This document shows positions 1 to 9,500 of a DNA stretch of 64,000 nt, in pieces (position 1 is the first letter of the stretch; each line of letters opens with the position of its first letter). Made by a program: the position numbers and the translations under genes. The stretch is taken from positions 228,392 through 292,391 of the forward strand of contig NW_013657653.1 in assembly GCF_000142905.1 (NCBI RefSeq), in the 5' to 3' direction. Source of the stretch: Thecamonas trahens ATCC 50062 (Eukaryota; Protista; Apusomonadida). The notes under the pieces are model-generated. The model was not told where the DNA came from. It ran no database searches and saw only the letters and a list, made by a program, of their open reading frames with translations.

Positions 1-1132
1 GCGGATGCCTCCCGGGCGCGGGCCATGGTGGCGCGCATGGCGACGACCTGGGCATTGGCGGGCGTGTTGCCGCAATCGATGCACCCGCAGGCCGACGAGC
101 AAAACGACTCGGCTTGGTAGCAGTCACAGTAGCGCTTAAGGCAGCGAGAGCGGATGCAGTTGCAGCCGCGGGCAAAGGGCTGGATGGCAGCGAGGGTGTC
201 TGAGCCATCCTCCGGAGCAGGCGACGGCGATGATGGGACGAGCAGACGGGCTATTTTGGATGGGCGGCGGCGGCCCGAGCCGAGGCCGCTGCTATGCTTG
301 CCTGCCGAGGTCGAGACCGAGGTGGGCACAAACTTGGGCCGGAACGCGTTGGGGTCGCGCTCCAGCACGATCTGGACGGCCTTGGCGCGGGCGTCTTCAT
401 GCTCGCGGGTGTTCTGGCAGTTGACGCACGCGCAGGACGAGCAGTAGACGCCGGCGGCAAAGCAGTCGCAGTAGAGCTTGAGGCACTTGGACTTGACGCA
501 GCGACACATGAGGCAAGCTGGATCACCCCCCGGGAGCCGACCGCCGGTGATGCGCTAGTGGGTGCGGTTGATCTCCCGCGCTTCCGCGACGGCGGTGTCA
601 TGGAAGCGCCGCTCGGCGTTTCCGCCGCTGCGCCCCCTCCAGAGGTCGGCGACGCACCAAAGGCGGTGGGATTGCGGCGGCGGACGAGGCGGCGTGCGTT
701 GGCAAGCAGCGGGGCGTGGTCCTCGGCCTCGGTGTTGCAGCAGTTGCGACACTCGCACTCATCCGAGCACATCCGCGACGATGAGAAGCACTCGCAGTAG
801 AGCTGGAGGCATTTGGACTTTGCGCATCGGCACCTTCCCGTCCCCACCCGATCGCGCGGTCGTTTCGCCCGCTTGCCCGCCGCTGACTTTGGCGTGGCCG
901 ACTTTGCCGACTTTGCCGACTTGGCCGCCTTGGCCGACTTTGCCGACTTTGCCGACTTGGCGGCGGCCGACTTGGAGGCCGACTTGGAGACTGACTTGGT
1001 AGCCGACGGTGGTGTTGCTGGCGGATGCGGCGAGGAGCTGCTTGTGGCGGCGGTAGAGGCAGTAGAGGCAGTGGTGGTGGATGCGGCGGTGGTCGACGAC
1101 TGGGAGCCACTCCTTGTAGCGCGCCTTCCCAT
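1..1132 (-). CDS. CRC/CXC (tesmin/TSO1/LIN54-like) DNA-binding protein with three CRC domains; 1-nt frameshift near 525-535; 3' end outside window
   Basis: CRCAKSKCLQLYCECF...CECRNCCN plus RRNPTAF linker (ORF 251..1330). In a shifted frame from ~510: CRCVKSKCLKLYCDCF...CACVNCQN...RDPNAF, then CNCIRSRCLKRYCDCY...CGCIDCGN. Start MGRRATRS at 1132; SAK repeats at the N-terminus. Confidence 0.88.
885..1000 (-). repeat. 9-bp coding tandem repeat (gactttgcc/gacttggcc on +) encoding SAK/AAK repeats
   Basis: Visible repeat; translates to KSAKSAKSAKAAKSAKSAKS in the CRC protein. Confidence 0.8.
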
Positions 1133-1297
1133 GTGGTGGCTAGTGGTGGTGGGTGAGTGAGTGGGGTGATATCCTTGACCTTGACCTTGACCTCGACCAC
1201 GGCTTGAAATCTGAGCTGGAGTCGGCTTCCAGCACTCTGCTGCCAATGCGAGCGGTGAGCCGACTGCGCTGTCCGCCTCACAGCCACTGGCCGTCCC

Positions 1298-1303
1298 ACC
1301 ACA

Positions 1304-1333
<30 letters not shown>
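1298..1333. repeat. (CA)n microsatellite in a divergent intergenic region
   Basis: Direct observation. Confidence 0.95.
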
Positions 1334-1334
<1 letters not shown>

Positions 1335-1393
1335 TACCTCTCTACCTCTCTCTCTTGCTACCTTGCACTCTCTTCCCTTCCAACTCCATCAAC

Positions 1394-2041
1394 ATGCGGG
1401 CTACGGTGGCAGGCAGCAATAGCCAGGCGCGGTTCGGCAGCGGTCCAGAGAGGCACGGGCCAGGCGGTCGACGGCGGAGAAGCGAGCCGCTGTCGTGCGT
1501 CTCGCGGCTGCGATGGGTATGGAACTGGCCACTGTTTGGATTTCGGGCGGTGCTGGCTGCGGCATCGTGGTTGGTCCACATGTCGCTGGCGGTGGCCGGC
1601 TTTTACTCGGAGGCACACTCGATGTGGGCGCAGTACACCCACGCCGGGCTTGGCGTTGCCTCGCTCTTGCTGCTCGCTGTCGCCGCCACCTCGCTGCTGG
1701 CCTTGGGCGCGACTAGCCCGCCTGATGCTGGCCCGCCGCACTCGTACGCTGCCGCTACTGCCGCTACCGTTGGCGATGATGCTTTGCGCGTCGCCTGGGG
1801 CCTGCTGTGGGCCTTTGTCTGGTTCGTGACAGACCTGCCTATGGCCGGCATGGCCACCTTCAACTCGCTCATGCCCAACGACTACGCGCCGCAGCATGGC
1901 GAAGCGCTGCAGTCTGGCGCCGACAGCTTGCACCAGTGGCTCGCTCTGGCTTCGATGGTATTTGCTTGCATCGGCGCGCTGACCTCGGCGCTGACCCTCG
2001 TCTCGCTACTCGGCGAGCGGCAGAAGGCTCACGCCGACTAG
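1394..2041 (+). CDS. Hypothetical multi-pass (~4 TM) membrane protein
   Basis: ATG at 1394, four hydrophobic segments, coding-like GC3. Its stop shares CTAG 2038-2041 with the convergent gene. Confidence 0.65.
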   Translation: MRATVAGSNSQARFGSGPERHGPGGRRRRSEPLSCVSRLRWVWNWPLFGFRAVLAAASWLVHMSLAVAGFYSEAHSMWAQYTHAGLGVASLLLLAVAATSLLALGATSPPDAGPPHSYAAATAATVGDDALRVAWGLLWAFVWFVTDLPMAGMATFNSLMPNDYAPQHGEALQSGADSLHQWLALASMVFACIGALTSALTLVSLLGERQKAHAD

Positions 2042-4506
2042 CCCGAGCATCCGGATGCGTGCCGCTCGATGGCTGACAAAGGAAAGTCAGCACCGCAGAG
2101 TGGGCAGGCGACAGCGGGTTGATGCTCCAACTGAGGCTGAGTTCCAGGCTCGGGTTCGGGTTCGGGTTCGGGTTCGGACTCGGGCGCCACCGTGTGGCCG
2201 TCGACGTGCCGCGCAAGGTGCTTGCGGGGCACCCGCTCGCCGCACACGGGGCAAGGGGCCGTCCGCGAGCCACACGCGTTCTGATGCTCGCCGCGCGCAG
2301 CGAGTGGGACCCGCACGTCACAGTAGACGCAGTCGACCATGCGGAGGCCACACTCGTGGCGGCGGTGCTGCTGCAGCTCGTCAGGCGCGAGCTCGACACC
2401 GCAGTTGCAGGATAGCGGCACGTGACACCGCGCCACGTGCTTGGGCATGTGCTCATCACGGAGCTTGATCCCACACTCACCACACGTGCTCCGTGCAACA
2501 CGTCTACACCGGAGTTCGTGTGTGAGCATCGACGCTGCTGGCACTGCCGCCCCGCAGTTGCCGCACACGCTCGCGTCGGGCGCCGGCGACGACGGCCGCG
2601 CCTCATCCATCGGTGCCAGCATTTTGCCACTCACGTTGAGCACGAGCTCGAACTCGAGCGGCCCACGCCATGCCTCGGCGGTGATGTAGATGGCGCGTGT
2701 GGTATCGCCGGGGGTGGCGTCGCTACTGGCGGCGGCCTGGCTCGGCAACTCGTCGAGTGCAAACTGCAGCTTTGCCACAGGGCCGGTCGACGAGACGTCG
2801 CGAAAGGTAAACGCAGCGTTGCTTGGCGCCGTCACCGCCGGTTCGCACGAGACAAAGAGGTCAGCGTTCGGCTCAGCGTTCCACTCGTTGCTCGCCCCAT
2901 CCTCGACTGACCGCGCGACAAGCTCAATGTCGACGGCGTTCGCGGTGGCGGGCACAAAAGCTACAAAGGTGGCGGCTGCACCGGTTGCGCCCAGCTTACC
3001 GGACGCTGTGCCCGATGCGCACCCGGCACTCATGTCGCCCTCCAGCCGGAGGACAGTGGGCAGGGCAAAAGCGGCGCGGCGTGGTGAGCCTGTGGCGGCG
3101 GCCAGGCCCGGCGAGAGCGGCGGCCGGATGTCGACAGCAAGCTCGGTGTTGATGAGCGAGACCGCGCCGGCGTCAGCCGGCTCGACGCTCACCACTAGAA
3201 ACGCGTACTCGATGCCGGTGTACTCAAACTCGACAATGTCACCGGCGCCGATGTGCTGGTAGGCTGACTGCAGCTGCTCCTGTAGGACAGGCCCGTGCTG
3301 GGCGGCAGGCACGTTGCAGTGCCAGGCCTCGGTGAGTGGCTGGATGGCGGCAAAGGTGCCGAGCGGGAGCTGGCGCGCGCGGAGCCAGACCCGGACTCCA
3401 TCGTCAATCAGGGCTGAAGCGCCGCCGAGCTTTTCGAGCAGCGCGGGTGCCACGATGGCGACGCCGTCCGGCGCGGTGAACTGGAGCACCGAGACAACCG
3501 ATCGAAACGTGGCGCTCGTGCCCACGACCGAGAGCTCGAAAAAGTAAGGAAAGTCAAGGCCAGCGCGCTGCGCACCCTCGAGCACGCAGGCTGGAATGAC
3601 GACCTGGTTGGAGCCGAGCCGCCGCGGCTCGCCGCCGTCCCACACTTGCAGTCCGCCGTCGAGCTCGACAGTGAGCTTGCCCGGCTTGACCACCATGGAC
3701 GACGCTGACGTCGCAGCCGCTATTGCTGCTGCTGAAGTGTCAGCCGTGGGGGCGTCAGGCGGCGGAAGCGTGGCGGCGGCCTCGATAGCGGCCTGACGGG
3801 CCGCAATGTCGGCAGCAGCAGCGGCGGCTGCGGCTTGGACCCGCGCAGCGTGCTCGGCGGCCTCGGCGTCCAAGACCTGCCTCACCGTCTCTGCCGGTGT
3901 GCCGACGAGCATGACTTTGATCGGCGCAGCTTTGCGGCCTCGTCCTGCCGCACTAACCTTTGCCAGTGTCCGTAGCGGGGTACTTGGTGGCGGCGGATCA
4001 GGCGCCAGGCCCAGCAGCTTCTGCCCGTCCATCGGCACACCGGTCGCATCCTCCAGCGCACGGGCCAAGTCACGGTAGTTGGCATCCGGCGGCTGGCCGA
4101 TATGACACAATCCCCAAATACACATCCATGATGAGCAACATCCGCCCGTGGTACACAGCATCCATCCATCCATCCCGGTGAGTCTTCCCTTCGGTAGCGA
4201 CCTTCGGCCAACCTTCCACCAACACCAGCTCCCCCCCNNNNNNNNNNNNNNNNNNNNNNNNNNNNNNNNNNNNNNNNNNNNNNNNNNNNNNNNNNNNNNN
4301 NNNNNNNNNNNNNNNNNNNNNNNNNNNNNNNNNNNNNNNNNNNNNNNNNNNNNNNNNNNNNNNNNNNNNNNNNNNNNNNNNNNNNNNNNCCCCCCCCCCC
4401 CAGCCGCGACCTCGACCTCGACCATCAATGCCCATGCGCAACATACCAGCTCAACCACCACTCGCTTCCTCTTAAACTTGACTGAAAAGGTGATTGGCGT
4501 AGCCAT
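2038..4506 (-). CDS. Ubiquitin-like + UFD1 domain + TRAF-type zinc-finger repeats + C-terminal UBZ-like finger; intron 4093..4446
   Basis: Spliced N-terminus MATPITFSVKFKRKRVVVEL|PPDANYRDLARALEDATGVPMDGQKLLG is UBL-like. UFD1 motifs SNQVVIP, VLQFTAPDG, LPLGTFAAIQP, AVSLINTELAVDI. CxxC...H...C repeats and CPLCGADFPLSAIERHASGC. Donor GTATGT, acceptor CAG. Confidence 0.85.
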   Translation of the reverse strand: MATPITFSVKFKRKRVVVELVCCAWALMVEVEVAAGGGGXXXXXXXXXXXXXXXXXXXXXXXXXXXXXXXXXXXXXXXXXXXXXXXXXXXGGSWCWWKVGRRSLPKGRLTGMDGWMLCTTGGCCSSWMCIWGLCHIGQPPDANYRDLARALEDATGVPMDGQKLLGLAPDPPPPSTPLRTLAKVSAAGRGRKAAPIKVMLVGTPAETVRQVLDAEAAEHAARVQAAAAAAAADIAARQAAIEAAATLPPPDAPTADTSAAAIAAATSASSMVVKPGKLTVELDGGLQVWDGGEPRRLGSNQVVIPACVLEGAQRAGLDFPYFFELSVVGTSATFRSVVSVLQFTAPDGVAIVAPALLEKLGGASALIDDGVRVWLRARQLPLGTFAAIQPLTEAWHCNVPAAQHGPVLQEQLQSAYQHIGAGDIVEFEYTGIEYAFLVVSVEPADAGAVSLINTELAVDIRPPLSPGLAAATGSPRRAAFALPTVLRLEGDMSAGCASGTASGKLGATGAAATFVAFVPATANAVDIELVARSVEDGASNEWNAEPNADLFVSCEPAVTAPSNAAFTFRDVSSTGPVAKLQFALDELPSQAAASSDATPGDTTRAIYITAEAWRGPLEFELVLNVSGKMLAPMDEARPSSPAPDASVCGNCGAAVPAASMLTHELRCRRVARSTCGECGIKLRDEHMPKHVARCHVPLSCNCGVELAPDELQQHRRHECGLRMVDCVYCDVRVPLAARGEHQNACGSRTAPCPVCGERVPRKHLARHVDGHTVAPESEPEPEPEPEPGTQPQLEHQPAVACPLCGADFPLSAIERHASGCSG
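4238..4389. other. Assembly gap (others at 12183-12295, 17005-17104, 25908-26047, 36815-36914, 51491-51590)
   Basis: N runs, all next to G/C homopolymer-rich tracts in introns or promoters. Confidence 0.98.
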
Positions 4507-5066
4507 GCCAAGCGTGTGGTGTGCGCCGTGTAGATGAGTGTGACAACAATCGGTCCCGCCACCGGCCACTAGCTGCTGGCCTGGCCACCGGCCACCGGCC
4601 ACCAGCTTCTGTAGCTGATGATGGTCGACCACGTATCCCACGGCCGGATCAGCAGTATCAGTACTCGCTCCGCCATGTGCCGCAACATCCGCCACCCGCC
4701 CACTCTGCTACCGGTACTTTCACCGACAGCATCACGTCTGCCGCCAGGAACCTTGCCCGCCACACCTGGCCATGACTGCCAGCCCAGCGCACAAGGGGGA
4801 ACCTGAGGAGGCTCCCCCGTCATGCCTACCTCTGTTCTACTTTGAGACTACCCACCCCTGATGGTCCGATGGTCTTCATCGGCTTCCGATCCTCATCCTC
4901 ACCCTCCTCCATCTCCAAACCCCTGTCCACTGCCTTGCTCACGAGCACCACACGTTCGATCCCCTCGCACCGCTCACTCTCAGACTCCGGCTGAGCACCC
5001 CGTCCACTGCCAACGACTCGTTGGAGACTACGTCACTCAACTTGATCACTTGTCCTCCATTGACAC

Positions 5067-6131
5067 ATGCTGCAGTCTCTTGGCAGGACACTGGGCAGAG
5101 GCGCGCGTCCAGTGGCGTCAGCGTGGCTGACTGGCGGTGTAGCCGGACGCGGCATGGCCGACGCTGTCTCTGGTGGCGGCAACAAGGCCTCGGCGGGCAA
5201 GAGCAGCAAGAGCATGACGCACACTCCGTACTACATGCTTGTCGGCTTGAGTCCGAGCGCAAGCGGCGAGGTAGTGCGCAAGGCGGCAGCGGCCGCCGGT
5301 GTGCCCGCAGGCGCTGCTGCACCCACACCCGATCAGCTGGCTGCGCTCGAGCCTGATGCTTTGCACGTGCTACAGACGCTACGCTTGCTGACCGACCCGG
5401 TGGTCCGCTCGCGGTACGATGCCGCGCTTGAAGCCAAGCGCGCAGCCTCGTTTGTGGCCTCGGATTGGGATGCTGGGCTTATCACCCGCGGATCGTCAAC
5501 TGCGCTCATCGAGCCGGCTCCACTGCGGACCCTCGCCCAGCACCGTAACATCGTCGGCTGGGGTGCAGCATTGGCGCTGGTTGGCGGCGCTGGCGTGCTG
5601 GCTGCGGCGTCATGGGACGAGCCTGAAGAGTCGCACAAGAGCTTTACGCCGGATGGCGACGAGCCGCTGTTCACCGCCAACGTGGCGCGCCGGCGGTTCA
5701 TCGCCGGCCTGGTCGGCGCCACTTCGGGTGGCCTGCTCTCGCTCATTGCGCCGTCTGCCGGACGGTCGATCACGCTCGTTGCTACCTCAGCCATCATGTT
5801 CCGCTGCTTTGTCACCCCCTTTGTCGCTGCGCCAGGCATCGAGGCCTGGTCAGGATGGCCGGGCGTCTACGCCAACCGCGAGGCTGTGGCCGTGGCCGGC
5901 GGCATGGCGCTGGGTGCGCTTGCCGGCTTCCGCCGCGCGGCGCTCCTTCGCTCGGCACTCCGCGCTGCAGGCGCGTGGCTTATGCCATCACCGGGCGTTT
6001 CCACCGCCGCCGGTGCACTCATCGGCATGGTTGCCGGCAAGATGGTGAGCCCACTGCTGGGCGATGAGTTCATTTCCGTCAACTTTGCCGCCCCGCCGCC
6101 AGCCCCGCCTACTCTAGGCGATGAAGCCTAA
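5067..6131 (+). CDS. Probable mitochondrial membrane protein with degenerate J-like domain (no HPD) and Gly-rich TM segments
   Basis: Arg-rich, acid-free presequence. PYYMLVGLSPSASGEVVRKA...LRLLTDPVVRSRYD matches J-domain helices I-II and IV. Several GxxxG hydrophobic segments follow. Confidence 0.7.
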   Translation: MLQSLGRTLGRGARPVASAWLTGGVAGRGMADAVSGGGNKASAGKSSKSMTHTPYYMLVGLSPSASGEVVRKAAAAAGVPAGAAAPTPDQLAALEPDALHVLQTLRLLTDPVVRSRYDAALEAKRAASFVASDWDAGLITRGSSTALIEPAPLRTLAQHRNIVGWGAALALVGGAGVLAAASWDEPEESHKSFTPDGDEPLFTANVARRRFIAGLVGATSGGLLSLIAPSAGRSITLVATSAIMFRCFVTPFVAAPGIEAWSGWPGVYANREAVAVAGGMALGALAGFRRAALLRSALRAAGAWLMPSPGVSTAAGALIGMVAGKMVSPLLGDEFISVNFAAPPPAPPTLGDEA

Positions 6132-6561
6132 GCGGCTTGGCCGCTGGTAGCGCACAGACTCGCCGCTGCGACACCCGCTGCGCCCTGCTGCGTGGGACTG
6201 TGGTGCACAGTGCCGCCGTCAGGTCACGGAACGCGTCGTTGAGCGACTTGCCCCGCCGCTTCGGCCGGTCTGGCAACGGCGACTTTGCTCGCCGCTTGCG
6301 CGAGCCATGCCGCACCTCGAGCACCTCGACTACCATGTCCACCATCTCTTTGCTCTCGTGCTGCCCGCACCCACCGGATGCTGCCGCGCCACTGGCTGGT
6401 GGCGTCTGCGACAACCGCAGCACCGGGCCCAGGTCATGCTCGAAAAAAGGTCGTGAAACAGGCGGGGACGGACAGGGTGCTGCTGGTGGGCGCGATGGCA
6501 GGCGACGTGTCGGCACCGGGCGCGACGACTTGTGTGTCGAGTGCAGGGAGTGGTGAGGCAT
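6109..6561 (-). CDS. Possible small basic hypothetical protein
   Basis: ATG at 6561 within ORF 6109..6768; fills the gap between genes with partly coding-like codons; no recognisable domain. Confidence 0.3.
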   Translation of the reverse strand: MPHHSLHSTHKSSRPVPTRRLPSRPPAAPCPSPPVSRPFFEHDLGPVLRLSQTPPASGAAASGGCGQHESKEMVDMVVEVLEVRHGSRKRRAKSPLPDRPKRRGKSLNDAFRDLTAALCTTVPRSRAQRVSQRRVCALPAAKPLRLHRLE

Positions 6562-6589
6562 GTTAAAGCTCGCTCCTCTACGCGCGCAC

Positions 6590-9500
6590 TCACGTTGACG
6601 CCGAGTCGAGTGAAAGCGACGACGACGATGACGGCGATGGTGACGAGTCGTCATGGATGACAGGGATTTGTCGGCCGGGACTCGCCGTTCGCGGCTCGAC
6701 TTGTGCCGTACCGTCGTCGTGCTGCAGAGCGGCAGGCTGGGGAGGCGGGTGCGCCGAATGGGTCTCATTGGAGAACTCGTTCAGCCGCGGCGAGTCGAGC
6801 GGCGCCACCGAGGCGCCGGTTAGCGCTGCCGCATACGAGCCATCAGACAGGCCACTTTGGGTTGGGTGCGGCTGGTCTCCCGACTCGACTGCGGTCGCTG
6901 TGGCAGCGGCATTCGGGGCGGCGGCGGCCGGCACGGCAGCGTGCCGCGGACCATCGTCGCGGCGCATCGTTGGCTGCGTGTACAGCTCGTATCCGGACCG
7001 CGATGCATGGGAGCTCTCATCAGCTTGGAACGTACCATGCATGCCAGCTTCAGGGGCTGGCCGGGCCTTTGGCTGGCTAGGCCCACCGGTTGGCTTGCTA
7101 GTCTCGTTGGGCGCGAGTGCAGAGGACGACATCGCATTCGGAAGGAGCGATAAAGGCAGCACCCGGCTGGGCCGCCCACGCTTGGAGGTCGGGTTCCCGT
7201 CACGGTCGGCCATAAACGCGCGCTCGCGCTCACGCTGCTCGGCCAACTCGGCCACCATGGCGTCGTTTGCACCACGCAAGTGGCGCAAGCGGATAAATAT
7301 AAACATGTAGTAGCCAAAGGCGACGAGTGTGACGCAAAAGACAATGATGTGAAGGGCAGCAACGTCGAGATGGAAGAGGATGAGCAGGGCGAGGAGCGAG
7401 GCGTAGGCAATGGCCTCGAGCATGTTGCACGACAACCAGTGGTACGGCCATTGGCGGACATGGAGACAGAGGAAAACGACGACCACAAGCGCAATGAAAC
7501 AGCAGGCAGGGTGTCTCGGCCCGAGTCGACGTCGTACGGGATCTGGTAAGCAATGACCGGTGCTACCAGCACGATGGCGATCTTGCGGGCGACAATGACC
7601 AGCGCCGTGTAGTATGCTCCGTCGCGGAACGAGAAGATGAGCGAGGAGTAGCGGTAGAGGATGGACGGCGACCGCTCGCGATACATGCGGTTGATGATGT
7701 AGTAGAGGAAAGTCGGAACAGTGGTCGCGTAGAGAGTCAGGAAGATGGCAGCAAACGGGACAACAACCGTCCACCGCGAGTTGTCGACCCAGCAGCGGAT
7801 GTCCGGCCGCGACACCATCGACCAGTGCGACGAGTCGTTTGGCTGCTGGAAGCACATAAAGTATCGTGTCAGGTGGCCAAGCACCGCCACAAGCATGAAC
7901 CGCGAGAGGTAAAGAAATATCGAGGTGAGAAAGTTGCGCCCGATGACCGACCGGGTGATGTGGAAGAGGAGTGCGGCGACGAGGCCAACGAGGACCGGCG
8001 CGATTGCCACTATGATGCCAACGACCTCAAAGCCGACCGCGCCAAATATGCAGTCGAGCCGGAGGAGCTCGATGTTGAGCTGCAGCGTCGACGCCGCATA
8101 GAGAAGAATCAGAAACGGCGACGACCAGCCGCGGAGCGACTGCAGAATCGATGCCACCTGGAGAAACTCGATGAGGATGGAGAGGAGCGCAAAGGCCTCA
8201 CGGAGCTTGCGCTGGTTGGTGTTGAACACCACAATGGCGTTGGGGTATCTGGTGTAGACTGTGGTCACAGCCACGATGACAGACACCACGATGAGCACCG
8301 CAAAGGCCAGTGGGAGCCACGGAACCGGTCCACAGTCGAGACACTCGTCGTGCGACGCGTAGTGCCCACTTGCACACTCGCCACAGAGTATGCCACCATA
8401 CGACGGCGCGCACAATCCCGCTTCTCCGCCTGGGCACGCATGAGCGGTTCGGCACAGCATGACAAAGGTCGGCCGTGCGGGATCAATCCAGTAGCCCGGC
8501 AAAGCCCGCGGCTGACTCTCGACGCCGTGCGCGTTGTAACCGCCGCTGCAGATTGCGCCAATCGGACACGGGAGGCAAGGCGCATATTGGGCCTTGTTCA
8601 CAATGTCAACATGCTCGTATGCCGGGGAGGTGGGCGACACGGTTCCGTTGGTCACCTTCTCAAGTGCCGGCAGCAACCGTGTGAGGTCGCGGTACCAGCC
8701 CGGCGCACAGGTGCAGAGTGCTGAAGACGTTGCACCGCGAACAAGCGTGTCCTCGTTGACCGGGCACTGGGAACAGGTGCTAGAGCCGCGCCCTGTGGTG
8801 TACGTCCCGGATGGGCAGCGGATGCAGACGCTCGCGTTGGTTGCAGCATACATGCCGGCCTCGCACATGGCACAGCTTGCGGCGCCGCGGCCCGAAGACG
8901 AGCCGGGTGGACAGGGCAGACAGAGCCGCGAGCCAAGCGGTGCGTACGTGGTCGACGGGCATGCGTCGCACGTCCGCGACGCCGGGTTAAACACCCTCCC
9001 GATCGGGCACGAGCCGCAGACCAGGCTGACAGCCGTGTCGACCACCACGGCATCGTCCCAAGAATGGCTTGGTTGCATCTTAGCCTCCAGCCAGAGCGTC
9101 CGCATCGGCATGCTCGCCGAGGTGCAGTCGACTGGCTCGGCCTCGACCGCAACATAGGCCACTGCGCGGGGCGAGGAGGCGGGCGGCCAATCCGCGGTGA
9201 GCATGCCCGCCCACGACACCGGCGAGCCGAGTGGAAGCTCGTCGTACAGTTGCAAGTCGGCGCCAAGGTCGATGCTGGTGTACGCACCAGGCAGCGGATA
9301 CGGGAGGAACATGCCACCAACCAGCGATGAGCTGGCAAAATCAATGTCGTCGATGCGGCGGAGCCGGACGGAGCTGAGCAGTGCCGGCGCGCCGACGCCA
9401 GCGGGCGGCGCGAGGCGAATCGTCACATTGCTGGCCACCGAGTCGGGTACGACGATGGAGAGTTCGACAATGGTGAGCGAGTCAGCCAGAACATTGGATG

